Below the pieces are notes generated by a model. That model was not told where the DNA came from. It was given only the letters and a program-made list of their open reading frames with translations, and searched no databases. Shown here one piece after another: positions 19,452 through 30,418 of a stretch of 64,000 nt of DNA (the stretch's first letter is position 1; each line of letters opens with the position of its first letter). Made by a program: the position numbers and the translations under genes. This DNA is from Candidatus Kapaibacterium sp. (GTDB taxonomy: Bacteria > Bacteroidota > Ignavibacteria > Kapaibacteriales > UBA2268), in NCBI GenBank assembly GCA_963665665.1, contig OY762428.1, positions 2,080,001-2,144,000 on the forward strand, in the 5' to 3' direction.

Positions 19452-19479
19452 TGGTGTAAATATAACTGGGGGTACTCCA
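19452..19479. mobile_element. Solo IS3-like terminal remnant
   Basis: tggtgtaaatataactgggggtactcca resembles IS3 right ends (..CA terminus); no associated transposase. Confidence 0.4.
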
Positions 19480-19621
19480 GTTTTTCACCTGAACAAAACC
19501 AAAAAATTTAAAAATTCTTATTATCAGATAACTAATTATAAATTGAATGAAAAATTATCAACTTGAAAGTCTCAATATAAGATGAAGCAATTGGAAATAC
19601 TTTTATAATACAACAATAATT

Positions 19622-22402
19622 ATGATAAAATTAAATACAGCACTAAAAAAAATAGAACCGTACTATCCATTCTTTGTTATAGGTTTTGCAGTGATATATG
19701 GTATTATTTATGGTTTATTTTTGTATTTCCCTTCACCAGATGAATGGCAATATTTACATGAAACAATTGTTATCTCTGAATATCTAAAAAATTGGGAATG
19801 GTTTGGAAATGCACAAGTAGGTACACATGGTTCATTATTCAAAATTCCACCTGCAATAATAATGATATTTACCAAGCCAACTATTTATATACCTTATTTT
19901 TATCATGTTTTACTAATATGTTTCAATGTAATTGTTTTCTATAAGGTCGCATTGATATTATTCAATTCAAAAGGCTGGAGTTTTGTTGCTACTTTTTACT
20001 TCATTGCCTCTAGCTTGATGTTACAAGGTTCTTTCAGATATCTAAGAGAAACACCCTCAATCTTGATACTCACAGTATTATTTTATACGATTTTAACAAA
20101 AAAACACAGTTTAATTATTGGTATTGTTTTATTAATATTGCTCGAAGCAAAAGAATACATAGGAATTATGGGAATTGGCGGGGTATTACTTTATTATTCT
20201 TATAATTATTTGAAGGAAATGAAAACAATATTTTCATTAAAATCTATTGGAGTTTATTTAATAAGGTCTGCTGCTACAGTAATTCCATCATTTATTTTTC
20301 TTTTTTTGATGTATTATACAGGATTTATTCCTGAGAATAAACATATTAGTTTAATTTTTGGATTAAATTTCAATCATCTTAATCAGAATATAATCATAAA
20401 CCCAAGCTCTTCTGCTTATTCACTTGATAAAAGATTTAGAAAATATGCCAATCCAGTCAGAAGTAAGAATAATTTTAAATCCACTAAAAGATTTGTTGAT
20501 ATTGTTGATTATATTCATTTTAAAAATAACACAGATAATGATATTGATTATTCAAAATTAAAATATGATTTTTCTAAATATGAGGAAGATATAAATTCAA
20601 ATGTTGATAATGCTTTTATTTTTGATAATGATAAAGAAAATAATATTCAAATAAAGAAAGGAAAAAATAATTTAATTAGTAAAAAAAGGAATTTAATTTC
20701 AATTATTAAAGTAAATCAAAAACTTGAACTGGCATATAATTATACACCTCCTCCAAAACCAACAAGCAATAAGGAAGAATCCCAGGCATCTGCCACCCCC
20801 CCAACAAGCAATAAGGAAGAATCCCAGGCATCTGCCGCCCCCCCAACAAGCAATAAGGAAGAATCCCAGGCATCTGCCGCCCCCCCAACAAGCAATAAGG
20901 AAGAATCCCAGGCATCTGCCGCCCCCCCAACAAGCAATAAGGAAGAATCCCAGGCATCTGCCGCCCCCCCAACAAGCAATAAGGAAGAATCCCAGGCATC
21001 TGCCACCCCCCCAACAAGCAATAAGGAAGAATCCAAAGCATTACCAATCAAAGAAACATTTGTAGTAGATTACATAGATGATGAAAAGAAAACAAAAAAA
21101 ATTGAGAATAATAAAAATAATAAGGAAATTAAAAAGAATTCTAAAATAGTGAATAATGATGGGTATATTACAAAAACTATCAAATATAAAGGTATTAAAG
21201 AAAATACGAAAGACAAAGTTAAAATTAATAGAGATTATGGAACTGACAATAATATTAATAGAATGGATTATCTCGGGTTAATACAGGATATTACCTTACA
21301 AGTTTCATATATTATTGTATTAATAGTTAACAGAGTATTTACTGAATCTACATTTAATTATGCTTCAGTTCCAATTTATATAATTATTATTTCTTTAATT
21401 TCTATTATGAATATCATTATTTCAGGTAGATCTAATTGGAGTTTAATTTTAATATTTTTCTTTGTTTTTCTTGCATTTTTTTTACTTAGAACTCATCAAT
21501 CAAGATATTTACATCCAAATATTTTACCTATAGCACTTTTGTTTATTTATTTTGCAAAAAATGTAATTTATAAAAAGAAACATCTCTTGTTATTCATAAT
21601 AATTTCTATTCCTGCTTCAATTTTTCAATTAATTTATGCCGGTTTCGCTTTTACTTTCTTGCCTTCATTATTTGTTCAATTTGTTTTGATTGTATTATTT
21701 CTTGTTAAGCGACCTGAAATTAAAAAAATTGTTATAGGAGTTTTTATATTTTTTACTATATCTTTTAGTATTATTTACGTGGTTAGATCTTGGATGAATG
21801 TTGAAAATGAAATCGGTATTGACAATTATGAAGAAAAGATGAGAAAATATTCTTCATATTTCGACCTCAATAATAATGTTTACTTTTTACATTCTTTAAC
21901 TAATCCTAGATTTTATTTTGAAGGTATAAAATTTTATAATAGAGATATTAATACCGGAGCTTTATTCTATAGAGCACATTATGACTACTTAGATCCAAAA
22001 TTTCCAAAATTTTATTACATTGATTATTATAAACCAAACATTTTTGATTTTCAGTATTATGGGTTGAAATCTCAATTCTCATGGTATGGTATATTATTAC
22101 GTCCTTTTAACGATAAATGGAAAATGAATATTAATAAAGTTGCCTTTGTAGTAAGTAAAAATTTTGAATATTTAAAGTTTGAATTTAAATATTCTAATAA
22201 TAATCAATCAATATTATTAGATCAATTTGATTCGGATATTAGTAGTAAAATTAGATATTGGGAGAGGGCAACATATTATAAAGATATATTATACAAAACA
22301 AAACCGGATTGGCTTATACTTGAAGAAGTTCATGAATTATGGGATAATCAGGAGTTAAGAATTTATGGAATAGATAATAAATACAGAAAAATTGAAAATT
22401 GA
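19622..22402 (+). CDS. Polytopic membrane protein, GT-C (ArnT/PMT-like), with a large hydrophilic repeat insert
   Basis: PDE after TM1, many TM helices, RYLHP late motif, about 300 aa hydrophilic insert. Confidence 0.6.
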   Translation: MIKLNTALKKIEPYYPFFVIGFAVIYGIIYGLFLYFPSPDEWQYLHETIVISEYLKNWEWFGNAQVGTHGSLFKIPPAIIMIFTKPTIYIPYFYHVLLICFNVIVFYKVALILFNSKGWSFVATFYFIASSLMLQGSFRYLRETPSILILTVLFYTILTKKHSLIIGIVLLILLEAKEYIGIMGIGGVLLYYSYNYLKEMKTIFSLKSIGVYLIRSAATVIPSFIFLFLMYYTGFIPENKHISLIFGLNFNHLNQNIIINPSSSAYSLDKRFRKYANPVRSKNNFKSTKRFVDIVDYIHFKNNTDNDIDYSKLKYDFSKYEEDINSNVDNAFIFDNDKENNIQIKKGKNNLISKKRNLISIIKVNQKLELAYNYTPPPKPTSNKEESQASATPPTSNKEESQASAAPPTSNKEESQASAAPPTSNKEESQASAAPPTSNKEESQASAAPPTSNKEESQASATPPTSNKEESKALPIKETFVVDYIDDEKKTKKIENNKNNKEIKKNSKIVNNDGYITKTIKYKGIKENTKDKVKINRDYGTDNNINRMDYLGLIQDITLQVSYIIVLIVNRVFTESTFNYASVPIYIIIISLISIMNIIISGRSNWSLILIFFFVFLAFFLLRTHQSRYLHPNILPIALLFIYFAKNVIYKKKHLLLFIIISIPASIFQLIYAGFAFTFLPSLFVQFVLIVLFLVKRPEIKKIVIGVFIFFTISFSIIYVVRSWMNVENEIGIDNYEEKMRKYSSYFDLNNNVYFLHSLTNPRFYFEGIKFYNRDINTGALFYRAHYDYLDPKFPKFYYIDYYKPNIFDFQYYGLKSQFSWYGILLRPFNDKWKMNINKVAFVVSKNFEYLKFEFKYSNNNQSILLDQFDSDISSKIRYWERATYYKDILYKTKPDWLILEEVHELWDNQELRIYGIDNKYRKIEN
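20759..21041 (+). repeat. 42-bp coding tandem repeat (6 full + 1 partial), unit PTSNKEESQASA(A/T)P
   Basis: Units start at 20759, 20801, 20843, 20885, 20927, 20969 and 21011. Confidence 0.95.
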
Positions 22403-22444
22403 AATTGTTTAAGTATATTCAAAATATAATAATAAGGTTAAGGT

Positions 22445-23986
22445 TTGGACGCTGCTGAAAAGGTCGTATTTAACACTGCAATATTATATATTCGCTTATT
22501 AATTGTGATGATATTGGGTCTGTTAATTACAAGAATTGTTTTAGATTCATTAGGAGAAATTAATTATGGAATTTACACTTTAGTAGCGGGTGTAATTGGA
22601 GTTTTAGGTGTGTTACAGTCAGCTATGTCAAATACCTCAATGCGGTTTATTTCTCATAGTTTAGGTTCAGGCGATAAAGATTTGTTGAGATCAACATTTA
22701 GTACTACTCTTAAAATTCATTTACTTTTTGGGGTACTAATTTTCGTTTTTATTGAAATTGGAGGTTTATTTTTTTTTAAGTATTTTCTTGATATTCCAGC
22801 TGATAAGATTTTTGATGCAAAAATATTATTCCATTTTATGGCAATTACAGTATTTATTAGTGTCATAGCTGTTCCGTATGATGCCGTGATATATGCACAT
22901 GAAAATATTTTATTTCTATCAATTGTTGATTTAATTGGCATCATACTCCATCTATTACTTGCAATATCTTTAATATATTTAAGTGATTTTCTGTTGATTA
23001 TCTATGGTGGTGGTATCTTATTAATTGAAACAATTAAAAGGATAATTAAGCAAAGATACAGCTATAGAAAATATCCTGAGTGTAAATATGATCCACATAA
23101 ATCAAAGGATAAAGTTTTAATTAGAAGTATTCTTTCATTTTCGGGATGGAACTTTTTCGGTTCGATTGCTGCTATCAGCATTTCTCAGTTTAGGAGTGTT
23201 TTACTAAATATATTTTTTGGTGTACGTATTAATGCATCAGAAGGTATTGCAAAAACTGTTACAAATAATATTAATACAGTTTCAGCAAATTTAACTCAAG
23301 CAATAAATCCACAATTAGTAAAAAGTGAAGGTGGTGGTGATAGAGAAAGAATGCTGAGGATGACATCAATTTCAACTAAATTATCAGTATTTTTATATTC
23401 AATTTTTGCAATACCTGTTTTTATAGAATTACCCTATTTATTTATTTTGTGGCTAAAAGAAGTGCCTGATTTTGCAGTAATATTTGCAAGATTATCATTA
23501 ATTGCAATTTTTATTGAAAAATTTTCATTCCAATTAACAAATGCAATAAGAGCTGTGGGCGATATTCGAAATCTAACAGTAACAGAATCATTTATTATAT
23601 TTCTTAATTTACCTGTTACTTATTTTTTATTTAAAATGGATTTCCCAGAACATACTATATATACGATTGGTATATTTATAACAGCAATAATTTATTTTGA
23701 AAGGCTTTATTTTGCCAAAAATATTCTAAAAATTAAACTGATTAAATTCGTCAAAGAGACCTTATTGGTATCTGCTGTACCATTATTTCTTTCTATTATA
23801 TTAGTATATTTGGTGAATGTATCATTTGATAAAGGTTTGTTCAGGGCTTTTTTTTCATTTATTCTTTTTGCTATTTCTTATAGTTTTTTATTTATAAATT
23901 TTAGTTTAACAAGAAATGAATATAAAAAATTTAAAAGCATTTTAAAAAAAATATTTATAAGGAAAAATAATGATAAATTTAATTAA
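22445..23986 (+). CDS. Wzx-like polysaccharide flippase
   Basis: Many TM segments; NTAILYIR, YGIYTLVAGV and FSGWNFFG; TTG start. Confidence 0.85.
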   Translation: MDAAEKVVFNTAILYIRLLIVMILGLLITRIVLDSLGEINYGIYTLVAGVIGVLGVLQSAMSNTSMRFISHSLGSGDKDLLRSTFSTTLKIHLLFGVLIFVFIEIGGLFFFKYFLDIPADKIFDAKILFHFMAITVFISVIAVPYDAVIYAHENILFLSIVDLIGIILHLLLAISLIYLSDFLLIIYGGGILLIETIKRIIKQRYSYRKYPECKYDPHKSKDKVLIRSILSFSGWNFFGSIAAISISQFRSVLLNIFFGVRINASEGIAKTVTNNINTVSANLTQAINPQLVKSEGGGDRERMLRMTSISTKLSVFLYSIFAIPVFIELPYLFILWLKEVPDFAVIFARLSLIAIFIEKFSFQLTNAIRAVGDIRNLTVTESFIIFLNLPVTYFLFKMDFPEHTIYTIGIFITAIIYFERLYFAKNILKIKLIKFVKETLLVSAVPLFLSIILVYLVNVSFDKGLFRAFFSFILFAISYSFLFINFSLTRNEYKKFKSILKKIFIRKNNDKFN

Positions 23987-24656
23987 AACAAGATTAAATT
24001 TATATAGTAAGAGATATTACTCTCAATTTGGAGAAGACATTATTATTAATACCATCTTTAATTCTAAGGAACCTGGTTTTTATATTGACGTTGGGGCTTA
24101 TCATCCGATTATATTTTCAAATACATATTTACTATATAAAAAAGGCTGGTGTGGGATTAATGTTGATGCTATGCCCGGAAGTATGAAAATATTCAATAAA
24201 AAAAGAAAATTTGACATTAATATTGAAAATCCTGTATTTGATATAGATACTGATATCACATATTATTCTTTTAAAGAACAGGCATATAATACTATTGATA
24301 TAAATGTTGTAGATTATCTTAATAAAATTGGAATTAATTTTGTTAATAAATACGAATTAAAAACAATGAAACTTGAAAATATTATTAAAAATCATAAACC
24401 TGAATTGTCTGAAATTGATTTTCTTAATATTGATGCAGAAGGAGTTGATTTTAATGTTTTAAAATCACTAAACTTTGATGTATATCAACCCAAATTAATA
24501 TTAATTGAAATTTGGCATAAAGACATTGAAGAGTTGTTTTCGACTGACATATTTAAATTTTTAAAAAATTATAATTATTTTTTATATTCAAAAATATTAA
24601 ACTCTGTATTTTTTATAAGAGAAGATTTCTATAAAAGAAGGTTTAAAAATGATTAA
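23970..24656 (+). CDS. FkbM family methyltransferase
   Basis: YSQFGED, YIDVGAYHP and FLNIDAEG motifs. Confidence 0.88.
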   Translation: MINLIKTRLNLYSKRYYSQFGEDIIINTIFNSKEPGFYIDVGAYHPIIFSNTYLLYKKGWCGINVDAMPGSMKIFNKKRKFDINIENPVFDIDTDITYYSFKEQAYNTIDINVVDYLNKIGINFVNKYELKTMKLENIIKNHKPELSEIDFLNIDAEGVDFNVLKSLNFDVYQPKLILIEIWHKDIEELFSTDIFKFLKNYNYFLYSKILNSVFFIREDFYKRRFKND

Positions 24657-25620
24657 TGACTATAAAATTTCGGCTCCCATCCTTTTTATAGCTTTCAATC
24701 GTCCTGATATTACCAAAATAACTTTTGATTATATCAGAAAAGCGAAACCTTCTAAGCTTTATGTTGCTGTTGATGGAGCAAGGCAGGATAAGGAAAATGA
24801 AGATAAATTGATTGATCAAGTAAAACGTATTGTTGAAAATGTTAATTGGAAATGTGATGTCAATTACAAGTATAATGAAGCAAATCAGGGAGCTGAAATC
24901 ACAGTTTCTTCTGCTGTATCATGGGTATTAGACAAGGAAGAATTTGTTATTGTACTTGAAGATGATATAGTAGCACCGTTAGCATTTTTAAAATTTGCTC
25001 AGGAAATGCTAATAAAATATAGAAACAATGAACAGGTATGGATGGTTGCCGGCCCCAATTCTACCCCTTATCCACATCCAGATAAATACGATTATTTCTA
25101 CTCAAGATATGGACATACATGGGGTTGGGCAACCTGGAAGAGAGTTTGGGATAAATTCGATTTGAATACAGAAATTGAAAATGAGTATATAGATTTAAAT
25201 TATTTAAAAAATAAAACAAATTCTATTCAGGAAGCAGAATACTATAAAAATCTATTTTCAATTTTGAAGGAAAATGGCAAAGGTAATAACACTTGGGATT
25301 ACATTTTTGCATATTTAAGATTTATTAATAATGCAATGTCAATTGTTCCAAGAGTTAATTTGACATCAAACATTGGTGTATATGGTTTACACGCAAGAGG
25401 AGCAAGGTATAATCATTTTCGTCCAATTGATTATCATTTCAAAATACAAAAACATCCTGAAAAAATCGAATGCTATACAGATTATGACTTATATCATTTC
25501 AAAAAACATATTAAGCAAAAAAATATATTTTTAAGAAAAATAAAAAATTTGGAAAGTAGAATTGTTGGTTATAAAAGATTAAAAAAATTCGAGAGAACTT
25601 TAACAATTGACCAATTATAG
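24649..25620 (+). CDS. GT-A glycosyltransferase
   Basis: FNRP, VLEDD and WGWATWKRVW motifs. Confidence 0.8.
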   Translation: MINDYKISAPILFIAFNRPDITKITFDYIRKAKPSKLYVAVDGARQDKENEDKLIDQVKRIVENVNWKCDVNYKYNEANQGAEITVSSAVSWVLDKEEFVIVLEDDIVAPLAFLKFAQEMLIKYRNNEQVWMVAGPNSTPYPHPDKYDYFYSRYGHTWGWATWKRVWDKFDLNTEIENEYIDLNYLKNKTNSIQEAEYYKNLFSILKENGKGNNTWDYIFAYLRFINNAMSIVPRVNLTSNIGVYGLHARGARYNHFRPIDYHFKIQKHPEKIECYTDYDLYHFKKHIKQKNIFLRKIKNLESRIVGYKRLKKFERTLTIDQL

Positions 25621-25628
25621 TAAATATC

Positions 25629-26606
25629 ATGGATAAAAAAATACTTGTAACCGGGGCCGGAGGTTTTATTGGATCGCATCTGACGGAATTGTTAGTAAAA
25701 AAGGGATATGCTGTTAAGGCATTTACACACTACAATTCAAAAAATTCCTGGGGGTGGCTGGATTATAATAAAGTAACTAATAATATTGAAGTTGTTTCCG
25801 GCGATATAAGGGATTTTGATTCTGTAAGAAAGGCAGCTTCGGGATGTAGCCAGGTTTTTCATCTTGCAGCGCTTATTGGTATTCCTTATTCTTATGAATC
25901 TCCGCTGGCATATATCAAAACCAATATCGAAGGAACATATAATGTTCTCCAGGCTGCCAGGGAATTGGAATATGAAAATATTATGCTTACTTCTACAAGC
26001 GAAACTTACGGAACCGCTCAATATATTCCAATTGACGAAGACCACCCGATGGTAGGGCAGTCCCCTTATTCAGCTACAAAAATTTCGGCCGATCATATCG
26101 GTTTAAGTTTTTACCGCTCCTTTGATATGCCGGTTAAAGTTGTCAGGCCTTTCAATACTTATGGTCCCAGGCAATCAGCAAGGGCTATTATACCAACAAT
26201 AATATCGCAAATCCTGTCAGGAAAAAAGAAAATTAAACTTGGCAACCTTCATCCTACCCGCGACCTGACCTTTGTTAAGGATACAGCAAAAGGATTTTAT
26301 GAAATATCACTGAATGATGAACTTAACGGGGAAATAACCAATATCGGTATGAATAATGAGATCAGTATGAAAGATCTTGTTGACAAAATAGTAGAGTTAA
26401 TGAAAAGCGATATTGAAATAGAATCTGATTCTGACAGGATCAGGCCCGAAAAAAGCGAAGTTGAAAGACTGTATTGCGATAATAGTAAAATAAAAAAATA
26501 TACTAACTGGAAGCCTGATTATAATTTGACTTCCGGGCTTGAAGAGACTATAATCTGGATAAAAGAAAATTTAAAATTATATAAGGCAAATATATATAAT
26601 GTATAA
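25629..26606 (+). CDS. legB: NAD-dependent 4,6-dehydratase, LegB-like
   Basis: HLAALIGIPYSY, QSPYSATK and RPFNTYGPRQSARA motifs. Confidence 0.8.
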   Translation: MDKKILVTGAGGFIGSHLTELLVKKGYAVKAFTHYNSKNSWGWLDYNKVTNNIEVVSGDIRDFDSVRKAASGCSQVFHLAALIGIPYSYESPLAYIKTNIEGTYNVLQAARELEYENIMLTSTSETYGTAQYIPIDEDHPMVGQSPYSATKISADHIGLSFYRSFDMPVKVVRPFNTYGPRQSARAIIPTIISQILSGKKKIKLGNLHPTRDLTFVKDTAKGFYEISLNDELNGEITNIGMNNEISMKDLVDKIVELMKSDIEIESDSDRIRPEKSEVERLYCDNSKIKKYTNWKPDYNLTSGLEETIIWIKENLKLYKANIYNV

Positions 26607-27729
26607 TATACCTTTATTTGACCTGAATTTCAATGATGATGAAATAAATGCAGTAGTTGAAACTATTAAATCAAAATGGATTTCTACAGGTCCAAGATGT
26701 GAAGAGTTTGAAAATAAGTTTTCGGAGATGTTGGGAAGTAAATATGCTTTATCATCTACAAATTGTACTGTAAGCTTGCATCTTGCATTAAAAGTAGCCG
26801 GTATTGTGGAAAATGATGAAGTCATTTGCCCATCACTTACTTTTGTAGCAACAGTAAATGCCATTAGATACTTGAATGCAATTCCAGTTTTTGCTGACAT
26901 CAAAAGTTATAATGATTTAACAATTGATCCTATTGATATTGAAAAGAAAATCACTTCAAAAACAAAAGCAATTGTTGTAATGCATTATGGTGGATTTGCC
27001 TGTGATATGGATGCTATTATGAAAATTGCAAAAAAAAATAATTTGAAAGTGATTGAAGATGCATGCCATGGACCTTTGAGTGAATATAAAGGCAATAAAT
27101 TGGGCACAATCGGTGATATTGGATGTTTTAGTTTTTTTAGTAATAAAAATATCAGCACCGGAGAAGGTGGTATGATGATTACTAATAAAGAAGAGTATTT
27201 TAATAATGCAAAATTATTGCGTTCACACGGAATGACTACAATGTCTTACGAAAGAGCTAAAGGTCATTCCACAGGGTATGATGTAGTGAAATTAGGGTAT
27301 AACTATAGAATGGATGATATTAGAGCTTCTATTGGTATTGTTCAACTTGATAAATTGAAAGAGGATTTATTAAAAAGGAAATATGTTAGGAAATGGTACA
27401 TTTCTAATCTAAAAGAAAATAATAATATTATCATACCATTTGAACAAAATTCTGATTTTCCTTCAAATTACATTTTCTCAATAACATTAAAAAATTCTGA
27501 TTATAAAAAAAGAGACATAATAAGAGAGAAACTATCTGAGGCAGGTATTCAAACAAGTATTCATTATCCGGCAGTACATCGTTTTTCAATTTATGAAGAA
27601 TACTATTCGGATTTACCTGTTACAGATTATGTTACAGATAATCTTATAACGTTACCGATGTTTGGTAATTTGAAGAAAGAAGAAGTAGAGTATATTTGTG
27701 AGAGAATAAGGATTATGCAATATGAATAA
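26599..27729 (+). CDS. DegT/DnrJ/EryC1/StrS sugar aminotransferase
   Basis: EDACH and FSFFSNKNISTGEGG motifs. Confidence 0.92.
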   Translation: MYNIPLFDLNFNDDEINAVVETIKSKWISTGPRCEEFENKFSEMLGSKYALSSTNCTVSLHLALKVAGIVENDEVICPSLTFVATVNAIRYLNAIPVFADIKSYNDLTIDPIDIEKKITSKTKAIVVMHYGGFACDMDAIMKIAKKNNLKVIEDACHGPLSEYKGNKLGTIGDIGCFSFFSNKNISTGEGGMMITNKEEYFNNAKLLRSHGMTTMSYERAKGHSTGYDVVKLGYNYRMDDIRASIGIVQLDKLKEDLLKRKYVRKWYISNLKENNNIIIPFEQNSDFPSNYIFSITLKNSDYKKRDIIREKLSEAGIQTSIHYPAVHRFSIYEEYYSDLPVTDYVTDNLITLPMFGNLKKEEVEYICERIRIMQYE

Positions 27730-28327
27730 TATTGTTATAATTGTTGGAGCTTTTCATGAAATAATTGAATTAATTGAAGATGAAAACTTAGATATTTATG
27801 GATTAATTGATAATTATAAAGAAGGTAATTATCGGGGATATAAAATTTTAGGTAAGGATTGTGATGCATACAAAATAGAAAAAAATTATCCGCTGATAAT
27901 CACACCTGATAAACCTGATTTACGATTGAAACTATCCACTTACTATAAGAGTCTTGGTTTTGATTTTTTTTCTTTGATTTCAAGCAAATCAAAAATTTCA
28001 TTATCTGCCAAAATTGGTGCTGGCACAATAATTCAATTTGATGTAAATATTTCTTCTGATAGTTTAATAGGAGATTTTGTAAAATTAAACACAAAATGCA
28101 ATATTATGCATAACGCTACAATAGGCGATTATACCACTATTGCACCAAATGCAGTGATACTCGGGAATGTTGCCATTGGGAAATGTTGTTATATTGGTTC
28201 AAATTCTACTGTTTTGCCAAATATTTCAATTTGTGACAATGTAATAATTGGTGCAGGTGGAGTAGTTACAAAAAACATTTCCGAAGCGGGCACATATGTA
28301 GGAAATCCTGTGAGCGGAATTAAATGA
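27722..28327 (+). CDS. NeuD/PglD-type sugar acetyltransferase
   Basis: Hexapeptide repeats; IGAGGVVTK..YVGNP. Confidence 0.85.
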   Translation: MNNIVIIVGAFHEIIELIEDENLDIYGLIDNYKEGNYRGYKILGKDCDAYKIEKNYPLIITPDKPDLRLKLSTYYKSLGFDFFSLISSKSKISLSAKIGAGTIIQFDVNISSDSLIGDFVKLNTKCNIMHNATIGDYTTIAPNAVILGNVAIGKCCYIGSNSTVLPNISICDNVIIGAGGVVTKNISEAGTYVGNPVSGIK

Positions 28328-29085
28328 AAATTAATGAAATATATCGGTTTGCTGATTTTACTTTGAGTAATTATAAAAAGTTAATACAGTTAGCAAAAGA
28401 AAAATTTTCTTTAAAAAAATATACAAATTTCTCAAATAAATCAAATGAAATTATCTGGCGACATGATGTTGAATTTTCTGCCACCATTTCTTTAGAAATG
28501 GCTAAGATGGAAGCTAAACTTGGAATAGAAGCTATTTATTTTGTAAATATCCATAGCGAATTTTATAGTTTTTTTGAGAAAAGTACATTTAATGAGATTA
28601 AAAATATTTTAGATTTAGGTCATCATATTGGTCTTCATTTTGATTGTCATTTCTATGATATTCAAACATTAGAAGAACTTGAAAATAATATTAATTTCGA
28701 AAGAGAATTATTAGAAAATGTATTGGGAATTACTATAGACTCGTTTTCTTACCATAATACAACTCCTGAAATATTAAATTGGAATGATGAAAAGATTGCC
28801 GGATTGATAAATGTGTATTCTAAGTATTTTAGAGAAGAAGTTGATTATTGTACTGATTCAACCGGAATATGGAGATATGATAGATTAGAAGATAAATTGC
28901 TCGAAAAAAGGAATTGTGGATTGCAGGTATTAACTCATGATGGTATGTGGCAAGATAAACCGTTGTCTCCAAGAAAAAGGGTTTTTCAATGTATTGATGA
29001 TAGAGCTATTCAAACAAAAGAATATTATGACATGATATTAAAGAAACATAATCAAAAAAATGTAGATGATGATGTGGTATTATAA
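28324..29085 (+). CDS. Polysaccharide deacetylase-like protein (WbmS-like)
   Basis: RHDVE, GLHFD, SYH and LTH motifs. Confidence 0.7.
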   Translation: MKINEIYRFADFTLSNYKKLIQLAKEKFSLKKYTNFSNKSNEIIWRHDVEFSATISLEMAKMEAKLGIEAIYFVNIHSEFYSFFEKSTFNEIKNILDLGHHIGLHFDCHFYDIQTLEELENNINFERELLENVLGITIDSFSYHNTTPEILNWNDEKIAGLINVYSKYFREEVDYCTDSTGIWRYDRLEDKLLEKRNCGLQVLTHDGMWQDKPLSPRKRVFQCIDDRAIQTKEYYDMILKKHNQKNVDDDVVL

Positions 29086-30405
29086 ATGAAAAAAAGAATT
29101 AAAGTTGTTTGGATTTGCCATTTTTCTAATGAAGAAATCAGGAATCATTTGCCACTATCAAATTTAATAATCTTTAATAAAATTAAATCATTATTGTGTT
29201 TTTCTAAAACCAACTATAAAGATTTTGCACCTTGGATTACAAGTCAAATTAAGGAATTTGAAAAGTTAGAGAATGTTGAATTGCATATTATTGCACCTCA
29301 TAAAGGATTAAAAAAAAATATTTTTGAATTTGAATTAAGAAACATCAAATATCATTTTTTTAATCCAGATGTATTTTTATATTTTAAAAGTATTTTGGAT
29401 ATATTATTTAAGAATAGAAAAAGAAAATATCTCATTAATCGCTATCTTGTAAATAAAATTATCAAAAAAATTAAACCTGATATTGTAAATTTAATTGGTT
29501 CTGAAAATCCCTACTATTCAATTACGGCTTTGGATATAAAAAATGTTCCGATTTATCTTTCATTACAGACAGTTTATTCAAATCCAATTAGAAAATTACA
29601 CGACAAGAACTTTGATATTCAGCGATGGAATTTGGAACTAAAATTGCATAAAAAAATCCAATATTTTGGCTGTAGTGGAAGAATGTACAGAGATTTGGTA
29701 ATAAAGAATAATCCCAATGCAATTATTTTTAAGCACCATTTTCCAATACAAATACCTTCAAAAGTTAAAAAACTCACAAAGAAATATGATTTTGTTTTTT
29801 TTGCTGCACAATTAACTAATAAAAAAGGAGTTGAAGATGCAATTAGAGCAATGGGTATATTGAAATCAAAGTATGGATATGAGGCTACACTTAATATTTG
29901 TGGTCTAAAGTCTAACAAGTATCTTGAACAATTAGAAGATATAATTAATAAGAATGAGATTAAAGAAAATGTAATCTTCAATGATTATTTTCCAAATCAT
30001 TCTGATTTACATCAGCATTTAAAATATTCAAGATTTGCAATCTTACCATATAAGATGGATGTCATTTCATCTTCAATAATTGAATCAATTTTATTAAGAA
30101 TTCCAGTTGTAGCATATAAAACATCTGGTACTCCTTTTTTAAATTCTAAAAGAGAATCAATTTTACTATCTGAAATTGGAGATATTGACGGTTTGGCTGA
30201 GAATATGTATAAATATCTTGCGGAACCGGAAAATGCAAAGAAATTATCTGAAAATGCATATGAAATTGTAAAAGATGAGTTTGATAATAATAAATCTGCA
30301 AAAAGATTATTAGGCAATTATTTTTCTGTTATTGAGCATTTTCATAATAAAAAACAGATACCAAAAGAACAGTTGTTTGATTTAGAAGAATTCCCCATTT
30401 ATTAA
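29086..30405 (+). CDS. Glycosyltransferase family 4
   Basis: KGVEDAI and [15 protein letters not shown]. Confidence 0.8.
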   Translation: MKKRIKVVWICHFSNEEIRNHLPLSNLIIFNKIKSLLCFSKTNYKDFAPWITSQIKEFEKLENVELHIIAPHKGLKKNIFEFELRNIKYHFFNPDVFLYFKSILDILFKNRKRKYLINRYLVNKIIKKIKPDIVNLIGSENPYYSITALDIKNVPIYLSLQTVYSNPIRKLHDKNFDIQRWNLELKLHKKIQYFGCSGRMYRDLVIKNNPNAIIFKHHFPIQIPSKVKKLTKKYDFVFFAAQLTNKKGVEDAIRAMGILKSKYGYEATLNICGLKSNKYLEQLEDIINKNEIKENVIFNDYFPNHSDLHQHLKYSRFAILPYKMDVISSSIIESILLRIPVVAYKTSGTPFLNSKRESILLSEIGDIDGLAENMYKYLAEPENAKKLSENAYEIVKDEFDNNKSAKRLLGNYFSVIEHFHNKKQIPKEQLFDLEEFPIY

Positions 30406-30418
30406 AAGGAATTATGTA

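Noticed and set aside
20706-21065. Alternative-frame ORFs over the 42-bp repeat
   Set aside because: Shadows of the coding VNTR inside 19622-22402.
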